Positions 28,228 to 37,760 of a stretch of 64,000 nt of DNA are shown here, piece by piece. Under the pieces are notes generated by a model. It worked only from the letters and a program-made list of their open reading frames with translations. It was not told the origin of the DNA and searched no databases. The stretch spans positions 148,436 to 212,435 of the forward strand of contig CAWGDD010000007.1 of the NCBI GenBank assembly GCA_963821285.1. The letters are read 5' to 3'. Source of the stretch: an uncultured Acidobacteriota bacterium (GTDB lineage: Bacteria; Acidobacteriota; Vicinamibacteria; Vicinamibacterales; CAVVIG01). A program made the position numbers and the translations under genes. Every line of letters begins with the position of its first letter. The stretch's first letter is position 1.

Positions 28228-31200
28228 AAGTCGTAGCCGATCCACACCGCGAAACGCGGGTGGTGGAATTCCTGGGCGCCGCTGACGCAGGCGCCGGTCG
28301 GCAGGACGGTGACGCAGGAGAAGACCACGTTTTCCCAGTCCTGGTTCATCATCGTGCGCCACGACCAGTCGAAGTGGATGGGGAAGCCGAGCGCGAAGGT
28401 CTCGAGCCCGATCCCGTACGACGCGCGGCCGTCCTGCAGGCGGAAGCCGTCGATCTGCCGCGCCGTGTAGGTGAGGGCCGGCGACTGGAGGCCGGTGACC
28501 GGGTCCGTGTTGAAGACGAGGTTGCCGAACGCGTCGACCTTGGCGCCGGTGGTGACCTGGCAGACCTGAGACGCGTTCGAGAAGAACCTGAAGTTGTCTC
28601 CCTCTTTCGCGCAGGGGGTTTGCGACTTCTGATCGCTGAACCAGGCGCCGCCGGCGCCCGCGAAGAGCACGCCCCGGATGCCGCCGATCACGCCGATGGG
28701 CGTGAGCGCCGCTTCGATGAGCGGAAAGCGCAGCTCCACGTTGGCCTGAAGGACGTTCTGGCCGGTGAACTGGAGGTAGTCGTAGCCCCGCAGGTCGCCG
28801 TTACCGCCGAAGTACTGGAAATCCGGGAAATCGCCCCGGCTCCTGAACCCATGGAACCGCGTGGCCAGCACCCCCGTCGATCCGAGCCGCGTGTAGTGGC
28901 GGATGTCGGCGTTGAACGTGCGCCGCGACAGCAGGCCGGCACCGCCCGGCGAGTAGTCCCCCGCAATCCGCATGGTGCTGCCCGCCAGCGGTCCGAATTC
29001 GCGAAACACGGTCGTCTCGCGGACGAACGCGGCGCCGAGCGGCATCAACGTGCCCGTATTCGCGAGCTGCTGACCGCCGGTGATCGATGACTGGTATTGG
29101 GACGAGTACGCCTGCAGTGTCGGGTCGTTGAACGTCTGGCTGAGGTGTACGAGGCTGCCGCTCACCTCAATCCTGTTGTACCGGTCGAGCGGGTAGATGC
29201 CGAACGCCGTGCCGCCATAGGTCGTGCTGGTCGACTGCGCCGAATCACGGCTCAGGAACGGCGTGTAGGCCGGATCGTAGAAGGCGCCGCCGACCTGGCC
29301 ATAGTAGAACACAGTCTGGGAATAGCCCTGCAGGCCGTACTGGAACCGCTTGGACAGGTTCGTGTAGGACAGTGAGAACGTGCGGTACTGCGAGATGGAG
29401 GCGAAGTAGAAGTTGAATTGCTTGTCGCCCAGCACGTCGCCGAAGGTCACGGCCGTGCCACCGTAGATGTCGCCGCTGCTCGTCACGCCCAGGTTCACCG
29501 GCGGCCGCCCGTCGAGGAACATCTTCTCGAAGGTCTTCTTCTTCCGGACGTTGTCCGCCACCAGCGTGTGCTGGAGTGGCGCCTGGAAGTCGATGATCGG
29601 GCCGGGCGAGCCGAAGTCGGACGCCGACGCGGTGTGGAGCGGCTCCTTGCGCTCGAGCGTGCGTATCGTGTAGTCGCCCTTGTAGTAGCTGATGAAGGCG
29701 ATGCGGCCGGCGTTCGCGCCGTCCCGGAGCACGGCCGGCGACCAGTTGCCGCCGAGCGTGTCGGTGTACTGCCGCATCTCGCCGTTCTTCAGATCCATCG
29801 TCCAGATGTTGTAGATGTTGCCGTTCTTTGCGACGTCGGGATCGAGCGGCACGTTCGGATCGGTGGCCGTGGACGAAAACACCAGGGTGTTCTCGTCGAT
29901 GAACTGCGCCGCGGTTTCATCCACGGTGCCGAAGGTGATCTGGGTCGGCTTCTTCGTATCGAGATCGAGCCGGAACAGTTTCTGGTTGCCGCTCACGCGC
30001 GCGTTGTAGACGATGAACTTGCCGTCCGGCGAAAAGGTCGGTCCCGAGTTGGCGAACTCGTCCTCGGTGAGGTTGGTGACCTTCTGCGTCGCCAGGTCCA
30101 CGAGGAAGATGTCGCCGACGGCGTTGCGCAGCCCGGCGAACGTGATCGTCTTGCCGTCTGGCGAGAATGACGGCGACTCGGGTTCGTCCACCGTCTTCAT
30201 GTCGATGCGCTGCTCGATGGTTCTGGTCAGCACGTTCTGGATGATGAGCGTGCGCTCCTTCGCCGTGCGCACGAAGTACGCCAGGCGGTCGCCCTTGGGC
30301 GACCACGCCATCCAGGGCATCTCGAACCGCTCGCCGAGCTGGACGATGTGGTCGAAGCCCATGTCCTTGTCGAAGCCCTTGGTCAGGTTCCGGACGATCG
30401 ACCCGTCCTTGCTCGAGATGAGGATGATGTCGATCTCGCGATCCTCGCGGTTGAACGTCATCGCGGCAATCAGGTCGCCCGATGGCGACGGCGCAATCGA
30501 GAACGCTTCGGCGAACGACGTCTTCTCTTTGTTCGGCGACAGGTCGCGTCCGTAGTCGGCGGGCCGTTCCTTGTCGCGGAACGGCTTGAACCGTTCCTTG
30601 AGGTAGCGCTCGAAGTTCTGATCGAACTCGTCCTTCTTCATCTTGAGCGCGTCTTCGTAGGCGTCCTCGCCGCCGCCGACCACGCTCTTGCGCAGCGCGA
30701 ACATGAACTGCCGGATGCCTTCGCGGCCGAACTTGGCTTCGATGAACTCGAACACGGCGTGACCGAGGTTGTAGGGGACGAACCGGGCGTTGCTCGCGTT
30801 GCCGTACGCCTCCGTCTCCGTCATCTTCGGCACGATGTCGGCGACGGCGGCGTCGCGGACGGTCATCAGGTCGAGCGGCGTCCACTGGCCGCGTTCGAAC
30901 TCCGACAGGCCCTCGTTCACCCAGAGCGGGACGTTCCGGCGGATGAGCCCCTGCGGGATGATGTCGAACTCGAACTGGTGCGTCAGTTCGTGGACGATGA
31001 GGCCGTAGAGCTGGTCGGGCGGCGCGTCGATCGGCATGACCATGCGCAGGCGGGTCGGCTCGGCGAAGGCGCCGACGCCCTCCTGGCCGGCCGACGGGTC
31101 CACGTTCTCCTGCTCGAACTCGCTGTGGGTCTTGAACAGGATGAGCTGAATCTTGTTCGGCAGCTCCTTCTTGAGGTCGGCGCTGATCTGCTGGTAGGCG

Positions 31201-31430
31201 CTCTCCGCGTACCCGGCGACCCGCTCGAGATGCTGTTTCATCTCGGGGTAGTAGTAGATCTCGAAATGGTCCGTCGTGTAGATCTCCCAGTTGAACGTGT
31301 CGTAGTGGATGTTGTTCTTCCCGTAATACGGCACGTACGGCGTCTGCGCGGCGGCGAAGGCCGACCAGCCGGCCAGGATGGCGGCGAGGAGAACGGGACG
31401 GCAAGGCGGCAGGAGGTGCCGGACGCGCAT
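28224..31430 (-). CDS. Large outer-membrane protein: MA-clan metallopeptidase-like domain + TolB/PD40 beta-propeller repeats + Omp85 (bacterial surface antigen) beta-barrel
   Basis: 1068 aa. Signal peptide, HELTHQF...NEGLSEF, WSPKGDRLAYF / FSPDGKTITFAG / FSPDGKFIVYNA, FGGNGDLRGYDYLQFTGQNVLQANVELRFPL, C-terminal ...VWIGYDF. Confidence 0.75.
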   Translation of the reverse strand: MRVRHLLPPCRPVLLAAILAGWSAFAAAQTPYVPYYGKNNIHYDTFNWEIYTTDHFEIYYYPEMKQHLERVAGYAESAYQQISADLKKELPNKIQLILFKTHSEFEQENVDPSAGQEGVGAFAEPTRLRMVMPIDAPPDQLYGLIVHELTHQFEFDIIPQGLIRRNVPLWVNEGLSEFERGQWTPLDLMTVRDAAVADIVPKMTETEAYGNASNARFVPYNLGHAVFEFIEAKFGREGIRQFMFALRKSVVGGGEDAYEDALKMKKDEFDQNFERYLKERFKPFRDKERPADYGRDLSPNKEKTSFAEAFSIAPSPSGDLIAAMTFNREDREIDIILISSKDGSIVRNLTKGFDKDMGFDHIVQLGERFEMPWMAWSPKGDRLAYFVRTAKERTLIIQNVLTRTIEQRIDMKTVDEPESPSFSPDGKTITFAGLRNAVGDIFLVDLATQKVTNLTEDEFANSGPTFSPDGKFIVYNARVSGNQKLFRLDLDTKKPTQITFGTVDETAAQFIDENTLVFSSTATDPNVPLDPDVAKNGNIYNIWTMDLKNGEMRQYTDTLGGNWSPAVLRDGANAGRIAFISYYKGDYTIRTLERKEPLHTASASDFGSPGPIIDFQAPLQHTLVADNVRKKKTFEKMFLDGRPPVNLGVTSSGDIYGGTAVTFGDVLGDKQFNFYFASISQYRTFSLSYTNLSKRFQYGLQGYSQTVFYYGQVGGAFYDPAYTPFLSRDSAQSTSTTYGGTAFGIYPLDRYNRIEVSGSLVHLSQTFNDPTLQAYSSQYQSSITGGQQLANTGTLMPLGAAFVRETTVFREFGPLAGSTMRIAGDYSPGGAGLLSRRTFNADIRHYTRLGSTGVLATRFHGFRSRGDFPDFQYFGGNGDLRGYDYLQFTGQNVLQANVELRFPLIEAALTPIGVIGGIRGVLFAGAGGAWFSDQKSQTPCAKEGDNFRFFSNASQVCQVTTGAKVDAFGNLVFNTDPVTGLQSPALTYTARQIDGFRLQDGRASYGIGLETFALGFPIHFDWSWRTMMNQDWENVVFSCVTVLPTGACVSGAQEFHHPRFAVWIGYDF

Positions 31431-31636
31431 AGGCGGTTACCTCTGAGTAGGTAAACGAATCTTACTGTGACGCCCCGTGGCCTGCAAACGCCGATCCCGG
31501 CAGATCGGGTCTGCGGGCGCCGTTCTGTCCTCAGTCCGGAGCAGAGGCGGGCCCGGTCTGACGCCACGAGGGTACAGGGTATACTCCGGAATAATGGAGG
31601 GCGCGCCCGGGTTTACTGACATGGCGCCCATGGAGG

Positions 31637-32221
31637 ATGCGAACGCACGGCCCTAAGGGAGCAGGTCCGAACCGGATGACCCCGCCGGGCACGTTCGAGG
31701 CCGACGCCTTGGCGTGTGTGGACAGCTTGTACCGGACGGCGCTGCGGCTGACGCACGTCCCTGCCGACGCCGAGGATCTTGTCCAGGAGACCTACCTGAA
31801 GGCGTTTCGGGCGGCCGATCGCTTTCAGGCGGGCACGAATTTGAGGGCCTGGTTGTTTACCATCCTTCACAACACGGCCCGCAACCGCGCGCGCGACCGC
31901 GCGCGCGACACGGTCACCGCCGACAGCGAGGCGGTCGATCGCGCGGACGACAGCAGCGGGGTCTGGTCCGGCAGCGGCCGCGGCGAGAATCCTGAAACGC
32001 TGCTCCTGCGCGACACGCTCACCCCGGACCTGCAGGCCGCCGTCGAGGCGCTCCCCGACGCGTTCCGCCAGGCCGTCTGGTTACGGGACGTGGAAGAATT
32101 TTCCTACGCCGAAATCGCGGAGATGCTGGCGATTCCTGTCGGGACGGTGATGTCGCGCATTTCGCGCGGCCGCCGCCTGCTGTTCGATCGCCTCCAACAC
32201 TTAAGGCCGGTCAATGCCTGA
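31637..32221 (+). CDS. ECF (sigma-70 family) RNA polymerase sigma factor
   Basis: [40 protein letters not shown] (region 2) and [25 protein letters not shown] (region 4). The start may be Met at 31676. Confidence 0.85.
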   Translation: MRTHGPKGAGPNRMTPPGTFEADALACVDSLYRTALRLTHVPADAEDLVQETYLKAFRAADRFQAGTNLRAWLFTILHNTARNRARDRARDTVTADSEAVDRADDSSGVWSGSGRGENPETLLLRDTLTPDLQAAVEALPDAFRQAVWLRDVEEFSYAEIAEMLAIPVGTVMSRISRGRRLLFDRLQHLRPVNA

Positions 32222-32999
32222 TTGCACGTCGATCGATTCCCTCATCACGCCGTATGTCGACGGCGACATCGGCGCGCCGGAGCGCCGCCTCGTCGACGAG
32301 CACGTGCGCGCGTGTGCCCCCTGTTACTCCCGCGTGGCGGCCGAACGTGCGGTGTTCGAGCTGATGAAGACCAGGCGCGGCGATCTAGCCGGTGACACCG
32401 CCTCGGTGGCGCTGCGCCTTCGGTGCGAGGCGCTGCGGCGTCTGTCGTCGGCAGCCGCCGCTGGTGGGGGCTCCGTGAAGGCCTGGCGCACCAGGCTCGC
32501 GCCGCTCGCCGTCGCGGCGGGCGTCGTGGCCGCCGCGGGTGCGGCGGTGTATTTCCTGACGGATCGTTCGTCGGAGCTGCTGGCCGCGGAGTTGACGGCC
32601 GATCATGTGAAGTGCTTCGGCCTGAAGTCCGTGCTGCCCGTGGACGCCGATCCGGCGGAAGCGGAGCGCACGATGGCGTCCACCTTCGGGTGGCACATGC
32701 CCCTGCCGGAAGCCGCCGCGCGGGCCGGCATGGAGCTCCTCGGGGCGCGTGTCTGCCTCTACGGCCGGGGACTGGCCGCCCACCTCATGTACCTGCACAA
32801 CGGACAGCCGGTGTCGGTGTTCATGATCCCGAAAACGTCGCGGCCCGAAACGGTGGTGGACGTCATGGGCCACGAGGCGGCGATCTGGTCCACTGGCGGC
32901 CGGACGTTCGTGCTCGTCGCGCGCGAACCGGAGAACCAGGCGGCAGCGGCGGCGGACCTGTCGCGCATGACGGCCGTTGTTCAGGCCGCGCTGCACTGA
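32214..32999 (+). CDS. Anti-sigma factor (zf-HC2, single TM)
   Basis: Overlaps the sigma gene by 8 nt. [12 protein letters not shown] zinc-finger motif; [23 protein letters not shown]. Confidence 0.7.
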   Translation: MPDCTSIDSLITPYVDGDIGAPERRLVDEHVRACAPCYSRVAAERAVFELMKTRRGDLAGDTASVALRLRCEALRRLSSAAAAGGGSVKAWRTRLAPLAVAAGVVAAAGAAVYFLTDRSSELLAAELTADHVKCFGLKSVLPVDADPAEAERTMASTFGWHMPLPEAAARAGMELLGARVCLYGRGLAAHLMYLHNGQPVSVFMIPKTSRPETVVDVMGHEAAIWSTGGRTFVLVAREPENQAAAAADLSRMTAVVQAALH

Positions 33000-33023
33000 G
33001 CTAAGATCGGGAAGGATATAGCG

Positions 33024-33563
33024 ATGCGAGTGCGATGGATTGCCGCAACGGTGGCCGCGCTGGCCCTGGCCCTGCTGACGCTCGACAGCTCGGAGCTGTG
33101 GGGCGGCGGGACAGCGCTGGCGAGCGGCGGCGTGTGCCCGGCGGACGCGAAGCGGGCCAACCTCAACTTCACGCTCAAGGACGTCCAGGGCAGGAACATC
33201 AGGCTGGCGGACTACAAGGGCAAGGTCATCCTGCTCGACTTCTGGGCGACGTGGTGCGGGCCCTGCAAGATCGAGATTCCCTGGTTCATCGAGTTTCAGA
33301 AGACCTACGGGCCCCAGGGCCTGCAGGTCATCGGCGTGTCGGTCGACGATACGGTCGAGAAGCTGCGGCCCTACGTGAAGGAATACAAGATGAACTACCC
33401 GGTGCTCCAGGGCCTGCACCACGACGACATCCAGGATGCGTACGGCCCGCTCTGGGGCATTCCCGTGACGACCATCATCTCGCGCGACGGGAAGATCTGC
33501 GCGAAGCATGCCGGGATCTCGTCCAAAGAGAACTTCGAAAAAGAGATCAAGTCCCTTTTGTGA
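33024..33563 (+). CDS. TlpA/redoxin-family thiol:disulfide oxidoreductase
   Basis: VILLDFWATWCGPCKIEIPWF; signal/anchor at the N-terminus. Confidence 0.85.
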   Translation: MRVRWIAATVAALALALLTLDSSELWGGGTALASGGVCPADAKRANLNFTLKDVQGRNIRLADYKGKVILLDFWATWCGPCKIEIPWFIEFQKTYGPQGLQVIGVSVDDTVEKLRPYVKEYKMNYPVLQGLHHDDIQDAYGPLWGIPVTTIISRDGKICAKHAGISSKENFEKEIKSLL

Positions 33564-33581
33564 TGGTATGATCGCCATCTG

Positions 33582-33806
33582 ATGGCTAAAGGGTTCACAC
33601 ACGCGCGGCTGGCTTGCGGGTGCCGTGTCACATTCCGTGACGGGGTCGAAGGCAGCCCGGTGACCGTCGTGGTCGATACGAAATCGCCCGCGTGCACGCT
33701 GTCCCTGCACGTTCGCGACCTGCCGATCTACGACTATCGTGAAGCCCTGCGGCCGTCCACGCGCCTCGGCCCGCCTGAAGAGGAAGAGTTCGAAGAAGAA
33801 GGCTGA
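33582..33806 (+). CDS. Hypothetical small protein with acidic tail
   Basis: 74-aa ORF with three Cys and a C-terminal PPEEEEFEEEG tail. No family recognised; position within a co-directional gene string. Confidence 0.3.
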   Translation: MAKGFTHARLACGCRVTFRDGVEGSPVTVVVDTKSPACTLSLHVRDLPIYDYREALRPSTRLGPPEEEEFEEEG

Positions 33807-33845
33807 CGCGCCTCCTTCCCCCCGGTCTTCCGTACTTTTCTCCAC

Positions 33846-34796
33846 TTGCTCACGTTCACCGCTATCGTTGTGTTCTGGACCGTGCAGGCCTCTGCGCTGC
33901 TCGCGTTCTTCGTGCCGCTGTCAGGGCCGCTGGCGGCCCTGTGGGCCGCTTCGCATTTCGTGCGCGCGATCGGCCTGACGCTCGCGTTCCACCGCTACTT
34001 CGCGCACCGCGCCTTTCAGATGCATCGCGCCGCGCGCTTCTTCTTTACTCTCATCGGCACGGCCGCGATGCAAAAGGGGCCGCTCTGGTGGGCCGGCCAC
34101 CACGTGAACCACCACCGGTTCGCCGATCGCGACGGCGATCCGCACAGCCCCGCGGTCAGCGGGTTCTACTACGCGCACATCGGCTGGTTCCTGACCGACG
34201 CGCGTCACGACCGCGTCGAGTCCGGCAACGCCGTGATGCGCGACTTCGGCAGCGTGCCCGAGATCGCGTGGCTGGATCGGTACTACTTCGCGCCGCCGCT
34301 GGCACTGGCCGCCGGCATGTACCTGGCCGGCGGCTTCGAGTGGCTCGTGTGGGGCTTCTGCGTGCCGACCGTGACGCTCGCGCACGCCACCTTCGCCATC
34401 AACACCGTCAATCATCTGTTCGGCTCGCGCCGGTTCGACACGATGGACGACTCGCGCAACAACGCCGTGACGGCGGTGTTCGCCGTCGGCGAGGGATGGC
34501 ACAACAACCACCACCGGTATCAGCGCGCCGCGCGCAACGGGTTCTTCTGGTGGGAATTCGACCCCACGTGGTACGTCATTCGCGCCATGGCGGCGGCGGG
34601 GCTCGCCTGGGACGTGCAGGCCGTGCCCGCGCGTATCTACGCCGAGGCCCGCGCGCGCCGGGCAGGGCGGCGTATGATGGGGCGTGCGCCAACGCCGCTG
34701 TCCCACGACCGCCGTGCGGATCGCAGCCTCGATGCTGCTCGCGGTCGCGCTGGTGTCGGCCTGCTCGAAGAAGACCGTCCCTCCGCTTCAGCTTGA
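33846..34796 (+). CDS. Acyl-CoA/acyl-lipid delta-9-type fatty-acid desaturase
   Basis: Histidine boxes HRYFAHRAF, HHVNHHRFADRDGDPHSP, WHNNHHRY. The last ~40 codons overlap the next gene and may be an indel artefact. Confidence 0.8.
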   Translation: MLTFTAIVVFWTVQASALLAFFVPLSGPLAALWAASHFVRAIGLTLAFHRYFAHRAFQMHRAARFFFTLIGTAAMQKGPLWWAGHHVNHHRFADRDGDPHSPAVSGFYYAHIGWFLTDARHDRVESGNAVMRDFGSVPEIAWLDRYYFAPPLALAAGMYLAGGFEWLVWGFCVPTVTLAHATFAINTVNHLFGSRRFDTMDDSRNNAVTAVFAVGEGWHNNHHRYQRAARNGFFWWEFDPTWYVIRAMAAAGLAWDVQAVPARIYAEARARRAGRRMMGRAPTPLSHDRRADRSLDAARGRAGVGLLEEDRPSASA

Positions 34797-35112
34797 TTCC
34801 GGTCGGCTCACCGTCACCAACACCACGAAGGACGACTGGAACAAGGTCGAGATCTGGGTGAACCGGCAGTACCGGCTCACCGTCGAGTCGATCCCGGCCG
34901 GACAGCAGCTGCAAGCCCCGCTCAGCATCTTCATCGAAGCGTACGGCCGCCGGTTCGACTTCGCGCGCCAGCAGCTCAAGGATCTCCGGCTGTCGGCCAC
35001 CACGAAGAGCGGCGCACCCGTGGACGTCCGGCTGGATCTGAAAGGGAGCGGCCTCGCCGGCCTCGCCGGCGTCGGCGTCTTCACGAGCAAAGAGAAAGAG
35101 GGAAAGAAATGA
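34684..35112 (+). CDS. Hypothetical lipoprotein
   Basis: GTG start; MRQRR...MLLAVALVSAC lipobox; no family recognised. Confidence 0.5.
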   Translation: MRQRRCPTTAVRIAASMLLAVALVSACSKKTVPPLQLDSGRLTVTNTTKDDWNKVEIWVNRQYRLTVESIPAGQQLQAPLSIFIEAYGRRFDFARQQLKDLRLSATTKSGAPVDVRLDLKGSGLAGLAGVGVFTSKEKEGKK

Positions 35113-35414
35113 CGCCGCGGCTCAAGTCCGAGATCGAGGTTTCGTGCCCCTGCTGCCAGTCGGTGCTTGTGATCGACACGAACCTCGGGCGCGTCGTGTC
35201 GCACAGCGAACCCGAACGTGGGAACAAGCCCGAACTGGGTGACGCGCACCGGATCCTCGCTGAGGAAGCGGCACGCCGCGAAGCCGTCTTTCAGCAGTCG
35301 GTGGACGCGGAGAAGACGCGGGGCGACGCCTTGTCCCGGCGGTTCGAAGAGGCGCTGAAGCAGGCGCGCCAGGAGCCGGTCACGAAGCCCACGCGGGATT
35401 TCGATCTCGACTAG
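35109..35414 (+). CDS. Hypothetical protein with N-terminal CPCC zinc-ribbon-like motif
   Basis: ATGA overlap with the lipoprotein gene. EVSCPCCQSVLVID followed by a charged helical tail. Confidence 0.4.
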   Translation: MTPRLKSEIEVSCPCCQSVLVIDTNLGRVVSHSEPERGNKPELGDAHRILAEEAARREAVFQQSVDAEKTRGDALSRRFEEALKQARQEPVTKPTRDFDLD

Positions 35415-35417
35415 GCA

Positions 35418-36080
35418 CTACCAACTCGCCAGGCTCCCTTGCGGCAGCTCGGTCCACCGGTCACGGCCGCGGTACCACAGCGGCTTGCGGCCCGGATACG
35501 CCTTCTTGAACGCCCGATAGTTCGCGCGCAGCCGGTTCGCCCGCGCATCCGACGTGACGATCCGGCGGTGCGGGTAGTCGAGCAGCATGCGTTCGACCTT
35601 CCACACGTTCGTCTCCGCCAGTCTCCAGTCGTACGTGCCCATCTCGCGCGCCACATCGACGACCGCATAGCCCGTCACGCGTCCCGTGAGATCGATGTAC
35701 GGATCGCAATAGCTCCGCGCGAGCGCGCCCGGTGTGGCGAAGACCGGCTTGCGCCCGTGGAGACCCGGATCGCGCGACCGCGCGACGGATCCCCATCGTC
35801 CGCGCTGCTGGTAGACGAAGATGACGTGATCCAGGTGGTCGATCGACTCGAAGCTCAGGAGGAGCGGGGGATAGCCGTTCTGTTCGAGGGCGACCGTCGC
35901 AAACAGCGCCGCCTCGAGGCAATGCGCGCAGCCGTGTTGGAGCACGCCCCTGAAACTGCGCAGTGTCGCGCGCCCTCCCGGCTCGTTGTTGTACGGCAGC
36001 CGGTTTAGATAGTGCTGAACGGCACTGGGCGTGCGGAGCCGCGCGAGCAAGCCGCGCTCTGCACGCGTGAATCTAGTCAT
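35418..36080 (-). CDS. Hypothetical protein (weak papain/transglutaminase-like Cys...His pattern)
   Basis: 220 aa; GCAHCLEAALF ... HLDHVIFVY. The family assignment is only a guess. Confidence 0.35.
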   Translation of the reverse strand: MTRFTRAERGLLARLRTPSAVQHYLNRLPYNNEPGGRATLRSFRGVLQHGCAHCLEAALFATVALEQNGYPPLLLSFESIDHLDHVIFVYQQRGRWGSVARSRDPGLHGRKPVFATPGALARSYCDPYIDLTGRVTGYAVVDVAREMGTYDWRLAETNVWKVERMLLDYPHRRIVTSDARANRLRANYRAFKKAYPGRKPLWYRGRDRWTELPQGSLASW

Positions 36081-36149
36081 CTGGTCATTTAGTCATCTGG
36101 TCATTTCTGTCATCGGAAATGACCAAGTGACCAGATGACTAGATGACTA
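36074..36149. repeat. AT-richer inverted array: tagtcatctggtcatt x2 facing aatgaccagatgacta-like copies (hairpin)
   Basis: Direct copies at 36074-36089 and 36090-36105. The complementary arm is 36117-36149. The left arm holds the start codon of 35418..36080 and the right arm encodes the last 13 codons of 36110..37036. Confidence 0.8.
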
Positions 36150-37036
36150 AATTCATGAAGCCGCGCATTGGCCGTCGGCTTGAGGTCTTCGAGGATGTCT
36201 TTCGGCGTCCACTGGTTGCCGGTGTACATCTTGAGGAGCTTGCCCTCGGCCGAGATGACGGCCGTCCGGAGGTTGTGCGTGATGTCGCGCGGGTCGTTCG
36301 GCGCCCGCGCCACGCTCATGCCGAACCGCGTGGCGAACTTGTCGATGTCGTCGCGATCGCCCGTCAGGAACGTCCAGCGCGTGAGGTCGGCCTCGAGCTC
36401 GAGCGCGTGCTTCTTCAGCACGGGCGGCGTGTCGACGGCCGGGTCGAAGCTCACGGTCACCAGATGCACGTCCTTGAGCGCCGGGTCGTCCTGGAAGTGC
36501 TCCTGCAGCGTGACGAAGTGCCGATCCATCATGGGGCAGAATGTCGGGATGGGGCACTTGGTGTAGATGAACGTGAGCACGACCCTCGATCCGCGAAACG
36601 CCCGGAATGTCTTCTTCTTCCCGTCCTGATCGACAAAGGCCGAATCGGGGACGGTATCCCCGGGCTTCAGGAGCTCGAGGCCGGACGAAGCGGCCGTGGC
36701 CACGATCGTCTCCGGAGGCGCCTGCTCGATCGGGGCTTCCCCGATCCGTTTGACCTTCGTCAGATACGCGTCGTTCTCGACGATGACGAGCGTGCCGTCG
36801 ACGATGTCGCCGGGCTTGACGGCGTTGAGCTCCGCCTTCTCCTTGAACCTGTACGGCATCGTCATCGCCGGCATCAGGCCCTTGATCTCGCCGTGCTTGA
36901 TCGTGGCCTCGCTGCGATCGGGCGTGATCGCGATGACCTGGCCTTCGACCGGAAACGTTCGCTCGGTGGGTTTCGTCCCGCCGCAGGCGGCGACCAGCGC
37001 GGCCAAAACGAAGACGGGAAACGTGCGCCGTTGCAT
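36110..37036 (-). CDS. Lipoprotein with CusF-like Cu(I)-binding domain fused to a SCO1/SenC thioredoxin-fold domain
   Basis: Lipobox LVAAC. HGEIKGLMPAMTMPYRF (CusF-like). VVLTFIYTKCPIPTFCP ... ITHNLRTAVI (SCO-like). Confidence 0.7.
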   Translation of the reverse strand: MQRRTFPVFVLAALVAACGGTKPTERTFPVEGQVIAITPDRSEATIKHGEIKGLMPAMTMPYRFKEKAELNAVKPGDIVDGTLVIVENDAYLTKVKRIGEAPIEQAPPETIVATAASSGLELLKPGDTVPDSAFVDQDGKKKTFRAFRGSRVVLTFIYTKCPIPTFCPMMDRHFVTLQEHFQDDPALKDVHLVTVSFDPAVDTPPVLKKHALELEADLTRWTFLTGDRDDIDKFATRFGMSVARAPNDPRDITHNLRTAVISAEGKLLKMYTGNQWTPKDILEDLKPTANARLHEFSHLVIWSLGHFR

Positions 37037-37050
37037 GTAATCTAGTCTAC

Positions 37051-37752
37051 ATGTTCTGGGTGGGCACCTCGGGTTACAACTACCCCGAGTGGAAGGGCAG
37101 CTTCTATCCCGACGATCTTCCGGCGAAGAAGATGCTGCCGTACTACGCGGCGCGATTTCCCACCGTCGAAATCAACTACACGTTCTACCGCATGCCGACC
37201 GAGAAGCTGGTGGCCGGCTGGGCCGAGCAGACGCCGTCCCCCTACAAGCTGACGCTGAAGGCACCGCGGCGGATCACGCACGACAAACGGTTGAAGGACG
37301 TCGGCGACGACGTGAAGTTCTTCTGCGACGTGGCGGCGACGCTCGGCGACAAGCTCGGGACGCTGCTGTTTCAGCTGCCGCCGTTCCTGAAGAAGGATCG
37401 GGCGCTGCTGGATGCGTTTCTTGCCGGGCTGCCGGCGAACGTCCGGGCGGCCTTCGAGTTCCGGAACGTCTCCTGGTTCGACGACGAGGTCTTCGCACGC
37501 CTGGCCGCACGGAACCTCGCGATCTGCATCGCCGACAGCGAGAAGCTCTCGACGCCGGTGCGCATCGCCGGCGACTACGCGTACTTCCGCCTCCGCGACG
37601 AGGGGTATCAGCCGGACGACATCAAGCGTTGGGCTGACACCATCGCGAGGGATGCGGCGGGCTGCCGGGACGTGTTCGTGTATTTCAAACACGAAGAGTC
37701 GGGCAAGGGGCCGGAGTTCGCCCGCCTGCTGATGGATCATCTAGGCCTGTAA
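37051..37752 (+). CDS. DUF72 (UPF0759) family protein
   Basis: VGTSGYNYPEWKGSFYPDDL...YYAARFPTVEINYTFYRMP...LFQLPP. Confidence 0.8.
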   Translation: MFWVGTSGYNYPEWKGSFYPDDLPAKKMLPYYAARFPTVEINYTFYRMPTEKLVAGWAEQTPSPYKLTLKAPRRITHDKRLKDVGDDVKFFCDVAATLGDKLGTLLFQLPPFLKKDRALLDAFLAGLPANVRAAFEFRNVSWFDDEVFARLAARNLAICIADSEKLSTPVRIAGDYAYFRLRDEGYQPDDIKRWADTIARDAAGCRDVFVYFKHEESGKGPEFARLLMDHLGL

Positions 37753-37760
37753 GGGGAAAC

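Noticed and set aside
31481-31500. A third sigma-54 promoter upstream of the Omp85-peptidase gene (gGGatC-N5-TTGCA).
   Set aside because: The spacing and -12 element are good, but the -24 element lacks the conserved GC after GG. It is kept only as a weak candidate inside the regulon finding, not as a feature.
31500-31636. An autoregulated ECF-type promoter (GGAAC...TCTGA-like: ggagca...ggtctga) upstream of the sigma-factor gene.
   Set aside because: The spacer between the putative -35 and -10 is too short by my count, and the -35 match is poor.
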